From Thermostichus sp. DRC_bins_24 (GTDB lineage: Bacteria; Cyanobacteriota; Cyanobacteriia; Thermostichales; Thermostichaceae), in assembly GCA_039794845.1 (NCBI GenBank), contig JAUQVK010000047.1:826-16622 (forward strand): a stretch of 15,797 bases of DNA, read 5' to 3'. Below the pieces are notes generated by a model that was not told where the DNA came from, ran no database searches, and saw only the letters and a program-made list of their open reading frames with translations. The translations under genes and the position numbers were made by a program. The stretch's first letter is position 1, and every line of letters starts with the position of its first letter. Below, in pieces: positions 7,366-15,327 of the stretch.

Positions 7366-9681
7366 ATGATTCGTTCTGTCACGCCGAGTTTTGCCATGTT
7401 GCTCGTAGAATCCTGGCTGATCCGCACCGGGTATCTCACGGCTGAGCAGCTGGCAGAAGCCCGGGAGTATCAACAACGGGCCTTTTGTTCTCTGCCCCGT
7501 GCCCTCTGGAGCTTGGGGTTAATGCATCCTTTCAAATTTGCAAGGCTCTGTGCCCACATTACGAATCGCCCCACCTTGCGGGACTGGCTGAAGCAGCATC
7601 CTCTCGACCCGGAGTTGCTCTGGCTGGTGGGAGCGGTAGATTTGGTGCCGGTGCGCTTTTTGCTCTGTGGTTGGGCCGATGCCAACACGGTGGTGGTGGC
7701 CACCGAAGAACTGGGGCACCCAATGGTGCGGCAAAATGTGCAACGCCTCTGGCCCGAAGCCGCGATTTGGGAGATCCCGGCCACCGAGCAGCAGATCCTC
7801 TCGGTGATTGTGGAGCGCAAACTGGTGGCCGAGTTTTTGGGCAGCAAACTCACGCTGGAACAATGGCAGGCGGTGCAAGCGACCCGGCGCCGTACGGGAT
7901 CCAGCCTCGGACAGGTTTTAACCCGCCTCAACTACCTTGATCCGAAAGACTACCTGGGCATGATCACCCAGTTGCTGGGCTACCCGGTGATGTCAGACCT
8001 GATCGGCGCCGGCCTACTTTACGTCGATAAAACCCTGAGCCAACGGTTCGACCCCCGCGGCATGATGCGCCACCTCTTCTACCCCCTCGCCTGGGTGGAT
8101 ACCGAGACCCTGATGGTGATGGTGCAGGATCCGCTGGATCTGGCCGTGGATGAGGCCGTTTATGCCCTGCGGCCCGGCCTGCGCATCGAGAAAGTCTTGG
8201 GCACCGAAGCGGATCTCACCCAACTGTTGGCCCAAACCCACGGTTCCGGGTTCAGCCAAGATGCGGTGTTTAGGTTACTGGCGCGCCTACCGGAAGAATC
8301 CGCCTCGCGGGTGTTCACGTTGCCCCAGATCCTGGTGGGCTATGGGCTGCTGGTAGCCTTGGTTTGGGGTCTGACTTTGGCTCCCTGGAGCACCCTCACG
8401 GTGTTGGTGTCATTGGTCAACGTATTCTACATCGGCTCCATTCTTTACAAATTGCTCCTCAGTCTGGTGGGATCCGCCGACCAATTCCATCAAATCACCG
8501 ATGCAGAAGTGGCCGCCGTGGATGACCGCAGTTTGCCCATCTACACGGTGTTGGTGCCGGTATACAACGAACCAGAGGTGATGCCGATCTTAATCAGATC
8601 TTTGTCTAAACTGAACTATCCGCACGAGAAGTTGGATGTTTTGATCCTGCTGGAGGAAAAAGATCAAGTCACCATTGATGCTGCCCGTGCTGCCAATCCT
8701 CCCAATTTCATTCGCCTGATTCGAGTACCGGAAAGTCATCCGAAAACAAAGCCCAAAGCCTGTAACTATGGCCTTGCCTTCGCCCGTGGCGATTACCTAA
8801 CCATTTACGATGCCGAAGATATTCCCGACCCGGATCAACTGAAAAAAGCGGTGATTGCCTTCCGCAAAGGGGATCCCAGCCTGGTGTGCGTACAAGCGGC
8901 TCTCAACTATTTCAACCGTGAGGAGAATTTCCTCACACGCATGTTCACGCTGGAGTATTCCTATTGGTTCGACTATCTCTTGCCAGGATTGGAAACTCTA
9001 AAAATGCCGATCCCCCTCGGAGGAACCAGCAACCATTTCCGTACCGATCGCCTGCGGGAGCTAGAAGGATGGGATCCCTTTAATGTGACCGAAGATGCGG
9101 ATTTGGGCATTCGGGCCAGCCAACATGGCTACACCGTCGGCGTGATCAATTCCACCACCTACGAAGAAGCCAACTGCGCCACCAAAAATTGGATCCGGCA
9201 ACGTTCCCGCTGGATCAAGGGTTATATGCAGACGTGGTTGGTACACAATCGCCATCCCCTGCGTTCTCTGAGCAAACTGGGCCTAAAAAACTGGCTCTCC
9301 TACCAATTCTTCATCGGTGGCACCTTTGTAACCTTCCTCACCAGCCCAATCATGTGGCTGATGTTTGTGTTTTGGTGGGTTACCCGGGCCAGTTGGCTGC
9401 AAAATCTGTTTCCCAGTTGGCTGATCTATATTGGCTTGTTTAATTTGATCCTGGGCAATGCCATTGGCATCTATCTAAATTTGATCGCGGTCTTCCGGCG
9501 TGGCTATTACGATCTGGCCCTCTATGCCCTCCTCAACCCCATCTATTGGCAGCTACACTCCATGGCCGCCTACATGGCCCTTTGGCAACTGTTTACCAAG
9601 CCCTTCTACTGGGAAAAAACCGTGCATGGCCTGAGCAAATTCACCCAGGCTAAGGTTCATGCTGCCGGCGAGTCGGCGTGA
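7366..9681 (+). CDS. Processive GT2 (cellulose-synthase-like) with two N-terminal MshEN/GspE-N modules
   Basis: VLVPVYNE, TKPKACNYG, YDAED, GGTSNHFR, NVTEDADLG, QRSRW (D,D,D,QxxRW), about 2+3 TM helices, terminal WEKTVHG, no PilZ. Residues ~11-149 and ~150-293 are repeated MshEN-like helical motifs plus T2SSE_N-like folds (LMVMVQDPLD). Confidence 0.88.
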   Translation: MIRSVTPSFAMLLVESWLIRTGYLTAEQLAEAREYQQRAFCSLPRALWSLGLMHPFKFARLCAHITNRPTLRDWLKQHPLDPELLWLVGAVDLVPVRFLLCGWADANTVVVATEELGHPMVRQNVQRLWPEAAIWEIPATEQQILSVIVERKLVAEFLGSKLTLEQWQAVQATRRRTGSSLGQVLTRLNYLDPKDYLGMITQLLGYPVMSDLIGAGLLYVDKTLSQRFDPRGMMRHLFYPLAWVDTETLMVMVQDPLDLAVDEAVYALRPGLRIEKVLGTEADLTQLLAQTHGSGFSQDAVFRLLARLPEESASRVFTLPQILVGYGLLVALVWGLTLAPWSTLTVLVSLVNVFYIGSILYKLLLSLVGSADQFHQITDAEVAAVDDRSLPIYTVLVPVYNEPEVMPILIRSLSKLNYPHEKLDVLILLEEKDQVTIDAARAANPPNFIRLIRVPESHPKTKPKACNYGLAFARGDYLTIYDAEDIPDPDQLKKAVIAFRKGDPSLVCVQAALNYFNREENFLTRMFTLEYSYWFDYLLPGLETLKMPIPLGGTSNHFRTDRLRELEGWDPFNVTEDADLGIRASQHGYTVGVINSTTYEEANCATKNWIRQRSRWIKGYMQTWLVHNRHPLRSLSKLGLKNWLSYQFFIGGTFVTFLTSPIMWLMFVFWWVTRASWLQNLFPSWLIYIGLFNLILGNAIGIYLNLIAVFRRGYYDLALYALLNPIYWQLHSMAAYMALWQLFTKPFYWEKTVHGLSKFTQAKVHAAGESA

Positions 9682-9775
9682 AGTACCCAACCCTTGGGCC
9701 TCACAACAGCGGGAACCGCCCACCCCGGGTGCCATCGCCTAGAATCAATCCAGAACTACACCTGTCTCTGCTGCC

Positions 9776-10249
9776 ATGAGTTCTAGCTCTTCCGATTGGT
9801 TTACCCGTGCCCGCCACATCTTTTACGGCACAGCCACCGCCTTGGTGGAGATCCTCCAGGATCCCGAGAAGCGCACCGAAAATCTAAACCGCCTATCGAT
9901 GGATTTGGGGCAACTGGCGGAAGAACTGGAGCAGAAAGGAGAGCTGACCGAGCAAGAGGCGATTCGTTACCTGGAGGGCCTCAAGGATGCCGCCGCCAAT
10001 ACCCCCTCCACAGCCCCAGATAGTGAAATGCCCGGGAGCGTCCCCAGCCCCTCTGAGCCTGTCTCCAGCTCCACAGCGACTGCTCCTGTAGCACCCGCCA
10101 GTACCCAAACGCCCATCTCCAAAGAAGAAATCGCCGAGTTGATGGAGCTAACCTATCAGATCGAGTCATTGCGCTTGGATTTGGAACGGTTGCGCACCGA
10201 GCCATCCTCTCCTTCTTCTGATACGGCTTCTGACAAGTCCTCGGCCTAA
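9776..10249 (+). CDS. Hypothetical coiled-coil protein, possibly phasin-like
   Basis: Helical N-domain with KGELTEQEAIRYL, P/S/T/A-rich linker, C-terminal heptad repeat (ELMELTYQIESLRLDLERL); 5 nt before trmD. Confidence 0.7.
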   Translation: MSSSSSDWFTRARHIFYGTATALVEILQDPEKRTENLNRLSMDLGQLAEELEQKGELTEQEAIRYLEGLKDAAANTPSTAPDSEMPGSVPSPSEPVSSSTATAPVAPASTQTPISKEEIAELMELTYQIESLRLDLERLRTEPSSPSSDTASDKSSA

Positions 10250-10254
10250 GTCTT

Positions 10255-11031
10255 GTGCGTTTTGATATCGTTACCCTGTTTCCTGAGTTTTTTGAAGGAC
10301 CCCTGCAAGTTGGGTTGCTGGGTAAGGCCTTGCAGCAGGGGATTGCCCAGGTCAGCTGTACCAATCCACGGGACTTTGCCAGCGATAAGCACCGCCGTGT
10401 TGATGATGAACCCTATGGCGGAGGGGTGGGCATGGTGCTCAAGCCGGAGCCCTTTTTTGCTGCAGTTGAATCTCTTCCCCGGCTGGATCCTTATGAGATT
10501 GTTCTGCTGACTCCCCAAGGGCAAACCCTCCACCAGGAGCTACTGCAAAAGCTGGCCCGAAAGGCACAACTGATTGTGCTGTGTGGCCAGTACGAAGGCT
10601 TTGATGAACGGATTCGCCAACACCTGGCCACCTGCGAGATCTCTTTGGGAGATTTTGTCCTGACGGGGGGAGAAATTCCTGCTCTGGCCTTGATCAACGG
10701 TGTGGTGCGGCTCTTGCCAGGCACAGTCGGTAAGGTAGACTCACTGAAGAGTGAAAGCTTCGAATCAGGGTTGTTGGAATATCCCCAATACACCCGTCCA
10801 GCGGAGTTTCAAGGCCACAAGGTGCCAGATGTGCTCCTCTCGGGTGACCACCAAGCAATCGCCCGTTGGCGGCAGCAGCAGCAGTTGGTTCGCACCTGGC
10901 AACGACGGCCCGACCTATTGGCAAAACGCCCCCTCAGCCCTCATGAACAACAGTTGCTGGCAGCAGGGTTGGCTGAGCAGCTTACAGAGCTTACAGATGT
11001 GGATATGGAGGAACAGAATCGATGCCTGTAA
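10255..11031 (+). CDS. trmD: tRNA (guanine37-N1)-methyltransferase
   Basis: MRFDIVTLFPE, VDDEPYGGGVGMVLKPEP, LCGQYEGFDER, SLGDFVLTGGE, LLEYPQYTRP, VPDVLLSGDH. Confidence 0.98.
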   Translation: MRFDIVTLFPEFFEGPLQVGLLGKALQQGIAQVSCTNPRDFASDKHRRVDDEPYGGGVGMVLKPEPFFAAVESLPRLDPYEIVLLTPQGQTLHQELLQKLARKAQLIVLCGQYEGFDERIRQHLATCEISLGDFVLTGGEIPALALINGVVRLLPGTVGKVDSLKSESFESGLLEYPQYTRPAEFQGHKVPDVLLSGDHQAIARWRQQQQLVRTWQRRPDLLAKRPLSPHEQQLLAAGLAEQLTELTDVDMEEQNRCL

Positions 11032-11372
11032 ATCATCCCAATCATCTTCTTAACCCACCGCTGGTTTCCTGGCACGGGATCCCTTTAGCCCTGGTCCTGT
11101 TGGTCGGGATCCCTGGGGTGGCCTTGGCCCAAAACGAGAACGTCAACGATGTAATTCGCCGCGACGGCAATTCCAACCTGTTCGATGGCACCAGCATTGA
11201 TATGAACGATCTCTTCCGGGCTGCCAACTACCTTTCCAACCAAAATGCCGCCTCCCGCTGGGATGGCAAGGCCGGGATCGATGCTGCCGTCGAGCAATTT
11301 AACCAATCCCGCCGCCGCCCCCTGCAGCTCTCCCCCAGTTCATTGCAGCCTGGACCCGCGGCCAAGCCCTAA
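11022..11372 (+). CDS. Small hypothetical secreted protein
   Basis: Hydrophobic segment ending in ALA-Q (signal peptidase I-like); overlaps the trmD stop by 10 nt. Confidence 0.65.
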   Translation: MPVNHPNHLLNPPLVSWHGIPLALVLLVGIPGVALAQNENVNDVIRRDGNSNLFDGTSIDMNDLFRAANYLSNQNAASRWDGKAGIDAAVEQFNQSRRRPLQLSPSSLQPGPAAKP

Positions 11373-11475
11373 AATCGGAGCCCATCCCAAATAAATCTGT
11401 TAGGATCGCTAAGCCGATCCTGTATGTGCTGAAATACAGTGCACCGTTTTCGGGATCCATTAGGAGAGTACCACC

Positions 11476-11745
11476 GTGGTCAAGAGCACACCTTCCAGCA
11501 AAGCCGATACGGAGCAGCGTCTAGATCCTTCCAGTCGGGGTAACTCCAAAGAAGGTTCTGCTGAGTCCAAAGGCCTTGCAGGCTTTGTGAAAGAAACCCG
11601 TGAGGAGTTGGGCAAAATTGTTTGGCCAAGCCGTCAGCAGCTCATTAGCGAATCGGTGGGGGTTTTGTTGATCGTGCTGGCCTTTGCCTCTTTCATCTAC
11701 CTGATCGATCAAGCGTTCAGTTGGATCGCAATTCAATTGTTCTAG
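11476..11745 (+). CDS. secE: Preprotein translocase subunit SecE
   Basis: FVKETREELGKIVWPSRQQL plus a single TM; AGGAGA RBS; upstream of nusG. Confidence 0.97.
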   Translation: MVKSTPSSKADTEQRLDPSSRGNSKEGSAESKGLAGFVKETREELGKIVWPSRQQLISESVGVLLIVLAFASFIYLIDQAFSWIAIQLF

Positions 11746-11865
11746 TGTTCTGGCCAGCCCAAGGAGGGGATCCCTGTTCATGGGGATGCGGGTGATGGAG
11801 ATGCGTAACCGGCTTCTCCTCGGAGAAGCGGAATGATACAGAAACGATAAGGTGGAGGACGTTGG

Positions 11866-12519
11866 GTGATGAGCCTAGAGCCAAGTCAGCGGGAGGAGTA
11901 TGGATCCTTAGATCCGGCATCGGAAACGCTGGATGCTGAGGAGCAAGAAGGTCATCGTAACCTGCGTTGGTATGCTGTGCAGGTGGCTTCGGGCTGCGAA
12001 AACAAGGTGAAAAGTACCCTGATGCAGCGGGCTGCCGCTTTGGATGTGGCAGATCAGATCGTCGAAGTGGTGATCCCGAAGCGCATGGGCTTCAAGCTGG
12101 ATCGCGTTGGCAAACGCCAAGAGCAGGAAGAAAAGATCTTCCCGGGCTATGTGCTGGTGCGCATGGACATGAACGACGATTCTTGGATGGTGGTGAAAAG
12201 CACCCCCAACGTGATCAACTTTGTTGGTACTGAAGAAAAGCGGGCCTATGGCCGTGGGCGGGGACATGTGACGCCGCGTCCCCTTAGCCCTGGGGAGATT
12301 CGGCGCATCTTCAGCAGTGTCGAGGTGGAGGAAGTGCCCCTCAAGATCGATATGGCTGCTGGGGATCGGATCGAAGTGCTGTCGGGCCCTTTTCAGGGTT
12401 TCTATGGGGAGGTGGTGGAAGTCAGCCCAGAACGGGGCAAGCTAAAGGCCCTGATCTCGATCTTTGGGCGCGATACCCCGGTAGAATTAGAGTTTGGTCA
12501 AGTGCGAAAAGAGGTGTAA
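11866..12519 (+). CDS. nusG: Transcription termination/antitermination factor NusG
   Basis: WYAVQVASGCENKV, KIFPGYVLV, KOW motif GDRIEVLSGPF, SIFGRDTPVEL; GGAGG at 11854-11858. Confidence 0.98.
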   Translation: MMSLEPSQREEYGSLDPASETLDAEEQEGHRNLRWYAVQVASGCENKVKSTLMQRAAALDVADQIVEVVIPKRMGFKLDRVGKRQEQEEKIFPGYVLVRMDMNDDSWMVVKSTPNVINFVGTEEKRAYGRGRGHVTPRPLSPGEIRRIFSSVEVEEVPLKIDMAAGDRIEVLSGPFQGFYGEVVEVSPERGKLKALISIFGRDTPVELEFGQVRKEV

Positions 12520-12528
12520 CAGCAGTTC

Positions 12529-12954
12529 ATGGCTAAAAAATTGGTGGCAGTGGTTAAGTTGGCCATCCAAGCGGGCAAAGCCACCCCTGCACCCCCAATT
12601 GGCCCGGCGCTCGGTCAACATGGGGTCAACATTATGGCCTTTTGCAAAGAATATAACGCCAAAACGGCGGATCAGGCGGGGATGGTGGTGCCTGTTGAGA
12701 TCTCCATTTTCGAAGATCGCAGCTTTACCTTCGTCCTCAAGACCCCGCCCGCTTCGGTATTGATCAAAAAGGCACTCGGCATCGAATCGGGTTCTAGTGA
12801 ACCCCATAAAACCAAAGTGGGATCCCTAAGTAAGGCTCAGTTGCGTCAGATTGCCGAGCAAAAATTGCCGGATTTGAATGCCAACGATGTCGAGTCGGCC
12901 ATGAAAATCATCGCCGGAACCGCCCGCAGCATGGGCGTGACGGTGGCCGACTGA
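12529..12954 (+). CDS. rplK: 50S ribosomal protein L11
   Basis: [42 protein letters not shown]. Confidence 0.99.
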   Translation: MAKKLVAVVKLAIQAGKATPAPPIGPALGQHGVNIMAFCKEYNAKTADQAGMVVPVEISIFEDRSFTFVLKTPPASVLIKKALGIESGSSEPHKTKVGSLSKAQLRQIAEQKLPDLNANDVESAMKIIAGTARSMGVTVAD

Positions 12955-13003
12955 GGTGGATAGCCTTCAATCCCGATTAATTGAATTGTTCAAGCAAACC
13001 ATT

Positions 13004-13034
13004 GTGGGGGAGAGACATTCTCGCTAGCACCCCG
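13004..13034 (+). promoter_or_regulatory. Ribosomal protein L1-binding autoregulatory RNA element upstream of rplA
   Basis: GGGGGAG-AGACATTCT-CGCTAGCACCCC forms an asymmetric internal-loop hairpin like the L1 operator, abutting the GAGGAG RBS of rplA. Confidence 0.7.
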
Positions 13035-13044
13035 AGGAGAAACC

Positions 13045-13755
13045 ATGGCTCGAAAGATATCCAAACGTATGCAGGCCTTGCGGGAGAAGGTGAAGCCCAT
13101 CGCCTATGCTCCGGAAGCGGCCTTGGCCCTGATGAAAGAAACCGCCACCGCCAAATTTGAAGAGGCGGCAGAGGTTCACATCCGTCTGGGGATTGATCCC
13201 AAGTATGCCGACCAACAGTTGCGAACCACCGTGGTTCTGCCCAAGGGCACGGGCCAAGAGGTCCGGGTAGCGGTGATTGCCCGGGGTGAAAAGGTTACGG
13301 AAGCCCAGAACGCCGGTGCCGATCTGGTGGGGTTTGAAGAGCTCATCGACGAAATCAGCAAAGGCATGATGGATTTTGACCTCTTGATCGCCACGCCTGA
13401 TGTCATGCCGCAGGTGGCCAAGCTGGGGCGGCTGCTAGGGCCGCGCGGCCTCATGCCTTCTCCCAAAGGGGGAACCGTTACCACCGATCTGACCCAAGCG
13501 ATTAGAGAGTTTAAGGCCGGTAAGCTGGAGTATCGGGCCGACCGTACGGGCATTGTGCACGTCATGTTCGGCAAATGCAAATTCACCGTGGAGGCTCTGC
13601 TGGAGAACCTAAAGGCCGTACAGGAGTCGGTCGATCGTAACCGTCCCCCGGGTGCCAAGGGCAAATACTGGCGAACCCTACATGTTTCTGCTACAATGGG
13701 TCCTGCGATTGAGGTCGATATCAATGCCCTTCGAGATCTGAAGTTGGCCGTCTAG
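13045..13755 (+). CDS. rplA: 50S ribosomal protein L1
   Basis: [46 protein letters not shown]. Confidence 0.99.
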   Translation: MARKISKRMQALREKVKPIAYAPEAALALMKETATAKFEEAAEVHIRLGIDPKYADQQLRTTVVLPKGTGQEVRVAVIARGEKVTEAQNAGADLVGFEELIDEISKGMMDFDLLIATPDVMPQVAKLGRLLGPRGLMPSPKGGTVTTDLTQAIREFKAGKLEYRADRTGIVHVMFGKCKFTVEALLENLKAVQESVDRNRPPGAKGKYWRTLHVSATMGPAIEVDINALRDLKLAV

Positions 13756-13838
13756 GCTGCCATTGGCAGTGTAAGGGGTCGGAGATCTTTGTCTACAGGG
13801 TGAGTTTGTGAACTTTCAGGAGATCCCCGACAGGACAC

Positions 13839-13858
13839 TTTTCCACAACTTTTCCACA
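13839..13858 (+). promoter_or_regulatory. Two tandem DnaA-box-like 9-mers (TTTTCCACA)
   Basis: TTTTCCACA at 13839-13847 and 13850-13858, 2 nt apart; matches TT(A/T)TNCACA. Confidence 0.55.
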
Positions 13859-13871
13859 GCCGAATAGTCTG

Positions 13872-14008
13872 AGCCGAAGACAGCAGGTGCCGATGGGCTT
13901 AATGGCCTGCCGAGGTTTGAGTAGGGTGCAGCGGGATCCCTTGTGGCTCGCACTTTGCCACGTGCTTACCTCAATGCGTCTTGGCTTCGGCTAAGGCGCA
14001 TTCTGTTT
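13872..14008 (+). ncRNA. Ribosomal protein L10 leader (cis-regulatory RNA)
   Basis: CCGAAGACAGCAGG...TTAA..CCTGCCGAGG core, followed by a 13-bp hairpin AATGCGTCTTGGC-TTCG-GCTAAGGCGCATT (13973-14002) and CTGTTT, upstream of rplJ. Confidence 0.88.
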
Positions 14009-14082
14009 GGCAGATGAAATCCACCCCATTCCGGCAACATCTGTTTAATCATTCATCATCATTCAACTGAGGAGGTGAGCAC

Positions 14083-14646
14083 ATGGGCAAGCAACCTGTA
14101 GCGAAAAAAGCGGAGGTCGTCGATGAAGTGCGATCCCTGCTGCAAGCCAGCCAAATGGTGTTGGTGATCGACTACAAGGGGCTGACAGTTTCGGAGATGA
14201 ACCAACTGCGGGCAGAGTTACGCAAGTCGGATTCTGTTTGCATGGTTGTGAAAAACACTCTTATGCGGCGGGCCATCGCCGACCAAAAAGCTTGGGCAGG
14301 GATCATTCCCTTTTTGGCAGGGCCAACAGCCTTTATCTTGATTCGGGGCAACATTACAGAAGCTCTAAAGGCTTATCAGGATTTTGCCAAGCAAACCAAG
14401 AAAACCGAGTTCCGTGGTGCGGGTATCGAAGGCCTATCCCTAACCTTAGATCAGGCCAAAGCCATCGCCGACCTGCCCCCCAAGGAGGTGCTCATGGCCC
14501 AAGTGGCGGGCGGCCTCAACTCGGTGGCTACCAAGTTGGCCGTCGGACTCAATGCTGTGCCCACTCAGGTGGCGCGTGGCATCAACGAGATCCCGGCCTC
14601 TCTGGGACGGGCCATTCGGGCCATTGCCGACAAAGAGGCCGCATGA
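14083..14646 (+). CDS. rplJ: 50S ribosomal protein L10
   Basis: IDYKGLTVSEMNQLRAELR, VVKNTLMRRA, GPTA, IADLPPKEVL; GGAGGTGA RBS. Confidence 0.98.
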   Translation: MGKQPVAKKAEVVDEVRSLLQASQMVLVIDYKGLTVSEMNQLRAELRKSDSVCMVVKNTLMRRAIADQKAWAGIIPFLAGPTAFILIRGNITEALKAYQDFAKQTKKTEFRGAGIEGLSLTLDQAKAIADLPPKEVLMAQVAGGLNSVATKLAVGLNAVPTQVARGINEIPASLGRAIRAIADKEAA

Positions 14647-14797
14647 TGGGAGATCCGTCTGTATCCCCTCCATTCCACCGGTCTGTCGGAGAGTATCCTG
14701 CAGCTGGAAATGGATTTGCCTCACAGAGCTGGCACCCATCCAGTCCATCAATCAGACCACACATTATCCATTCAGTTACCCCTAAGGAGAAAACACC

Positions 14798-15208
14798 ATG
14801 GCTTCAGAGCGCGTTGAAAAAATCCTCGAAGATCTGAAAGCGCTGAGCTTGCTGGAAGCTTCTGAATTGGTGAAAGCCATCGAAGAGGCCTTCGGCGTCA
14901 GTGCAGCAGCCCCAGCGGGCGGCATGATGATGGCGGCTCCCGTGGCAGCGGCAGCAGCAGCTCCGGCAGCAGCGGCCGAACCTGTGGAAGAACAAACTGC
15001 CTTCGATGTCATTCTCGAGGCTGTTCCAGCTGATAAGAAGATCGCCATTCTCAAGGTGGTACGCGAGTTGACTGGCTTGGGCTTGAAAGATGCCAAGGAC
15101 CTCGTGGAAGCTGCTCCCAAAGCTGTTAAGGAAGGGGCTACCAAAGAGGAAGCCAACGACATCAAGAAGAAGCTGGAAGAAGCTGGTGCCACCGTCAAGG
15201 TGCAGTAG
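14798..15208 (+). CDS. rplL: 50S ribosomal protein L7/L12
   Basis: [23 protein letters not shown], Ala-rich hinge, [28 protein letters not shown]. Confidence 0.99.
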   Translation: MASERVEKILEDLKALSLLEASELVKAIEEAFGVSAAAPAGGMMMAAPVAAAAAAPAAAAEPVEEQTAFDVILEAVPADKKIAILKVVRELTGLGLKDAKDLVEAAPKAVKEGATKEEANDIKKKLEEAGATVKVQ

Positions 15209-15215
15209 TTCAAAT

Positions 15216-15250
15216 CCTTTGGGGGGAGGGCTTTCTTCTCTCCCCAGAGG
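15216..15250 (+). terminator. GC-rich hairpin after rplL (3' stabiliser or terminator)
   Basis: CCTTTGGGGGGAGGG pairs with TTCTCTCCCCAGAGG using several G-U pairs; no clear U tract. A second hairpin, TCCCC-TTGC-GGGGA, follows near 15284-15297. Confidence 0.5.
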
Positions 15251-15327
15251 GCTCAACTCGATGGAAAATCCCCTCTGTTTCCGTCCCCTTGCGGGGAAAA
15301 GGTAGGGATCAACTAAGGTAATTAGAT

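Larger units (their letters stand above)
1571..13940. repeat. Dispersed highly iterated palindrome GGGATCCC (HIP1 variant)
   Basis: Manual count of about 17 perfect GGGATCCC (e.g. 1571, 2821, 4642, 5562, 9071, 13933) and about 50 GGATCC cores; well under one perfect 8-mer is expected by chance in 15.8 kb. Confidence 0.92.

Noticed and set aside
7366..9681. Calling the GT2 bcsA or nfrB
   Set aside because: It lacks PilZ and the BcsA motifs (HAKAGN, QTPH, FxVTxK), and the domain order is the reverse of NfrB.
11420..11439. Second NtcA site (GTA...TAC) upstream of secE
   Set aside because: The spacer is 10 nt, not 8.
11812..11829. Hairpin GCTTCTC-CTCG-GAGAAGC between secE and nusG as a terminator
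   Set aside because: No U tract; at most a processing or stability element.
13780..13860. oriC
   Set aside because: Only two perfect boxes, no AT-rich unwinding element, and the site is inside a ribosomal operon.
2101..15305. Numerous antisense and alternate-frame ORFs in the track (e.g. 2101-2736, 3454-4092, 6594-7163, 13176-13724, 14238-14837)
   Set aside because: Shadow ORFs of GC-rich real genes, with no motifs or independent signals.
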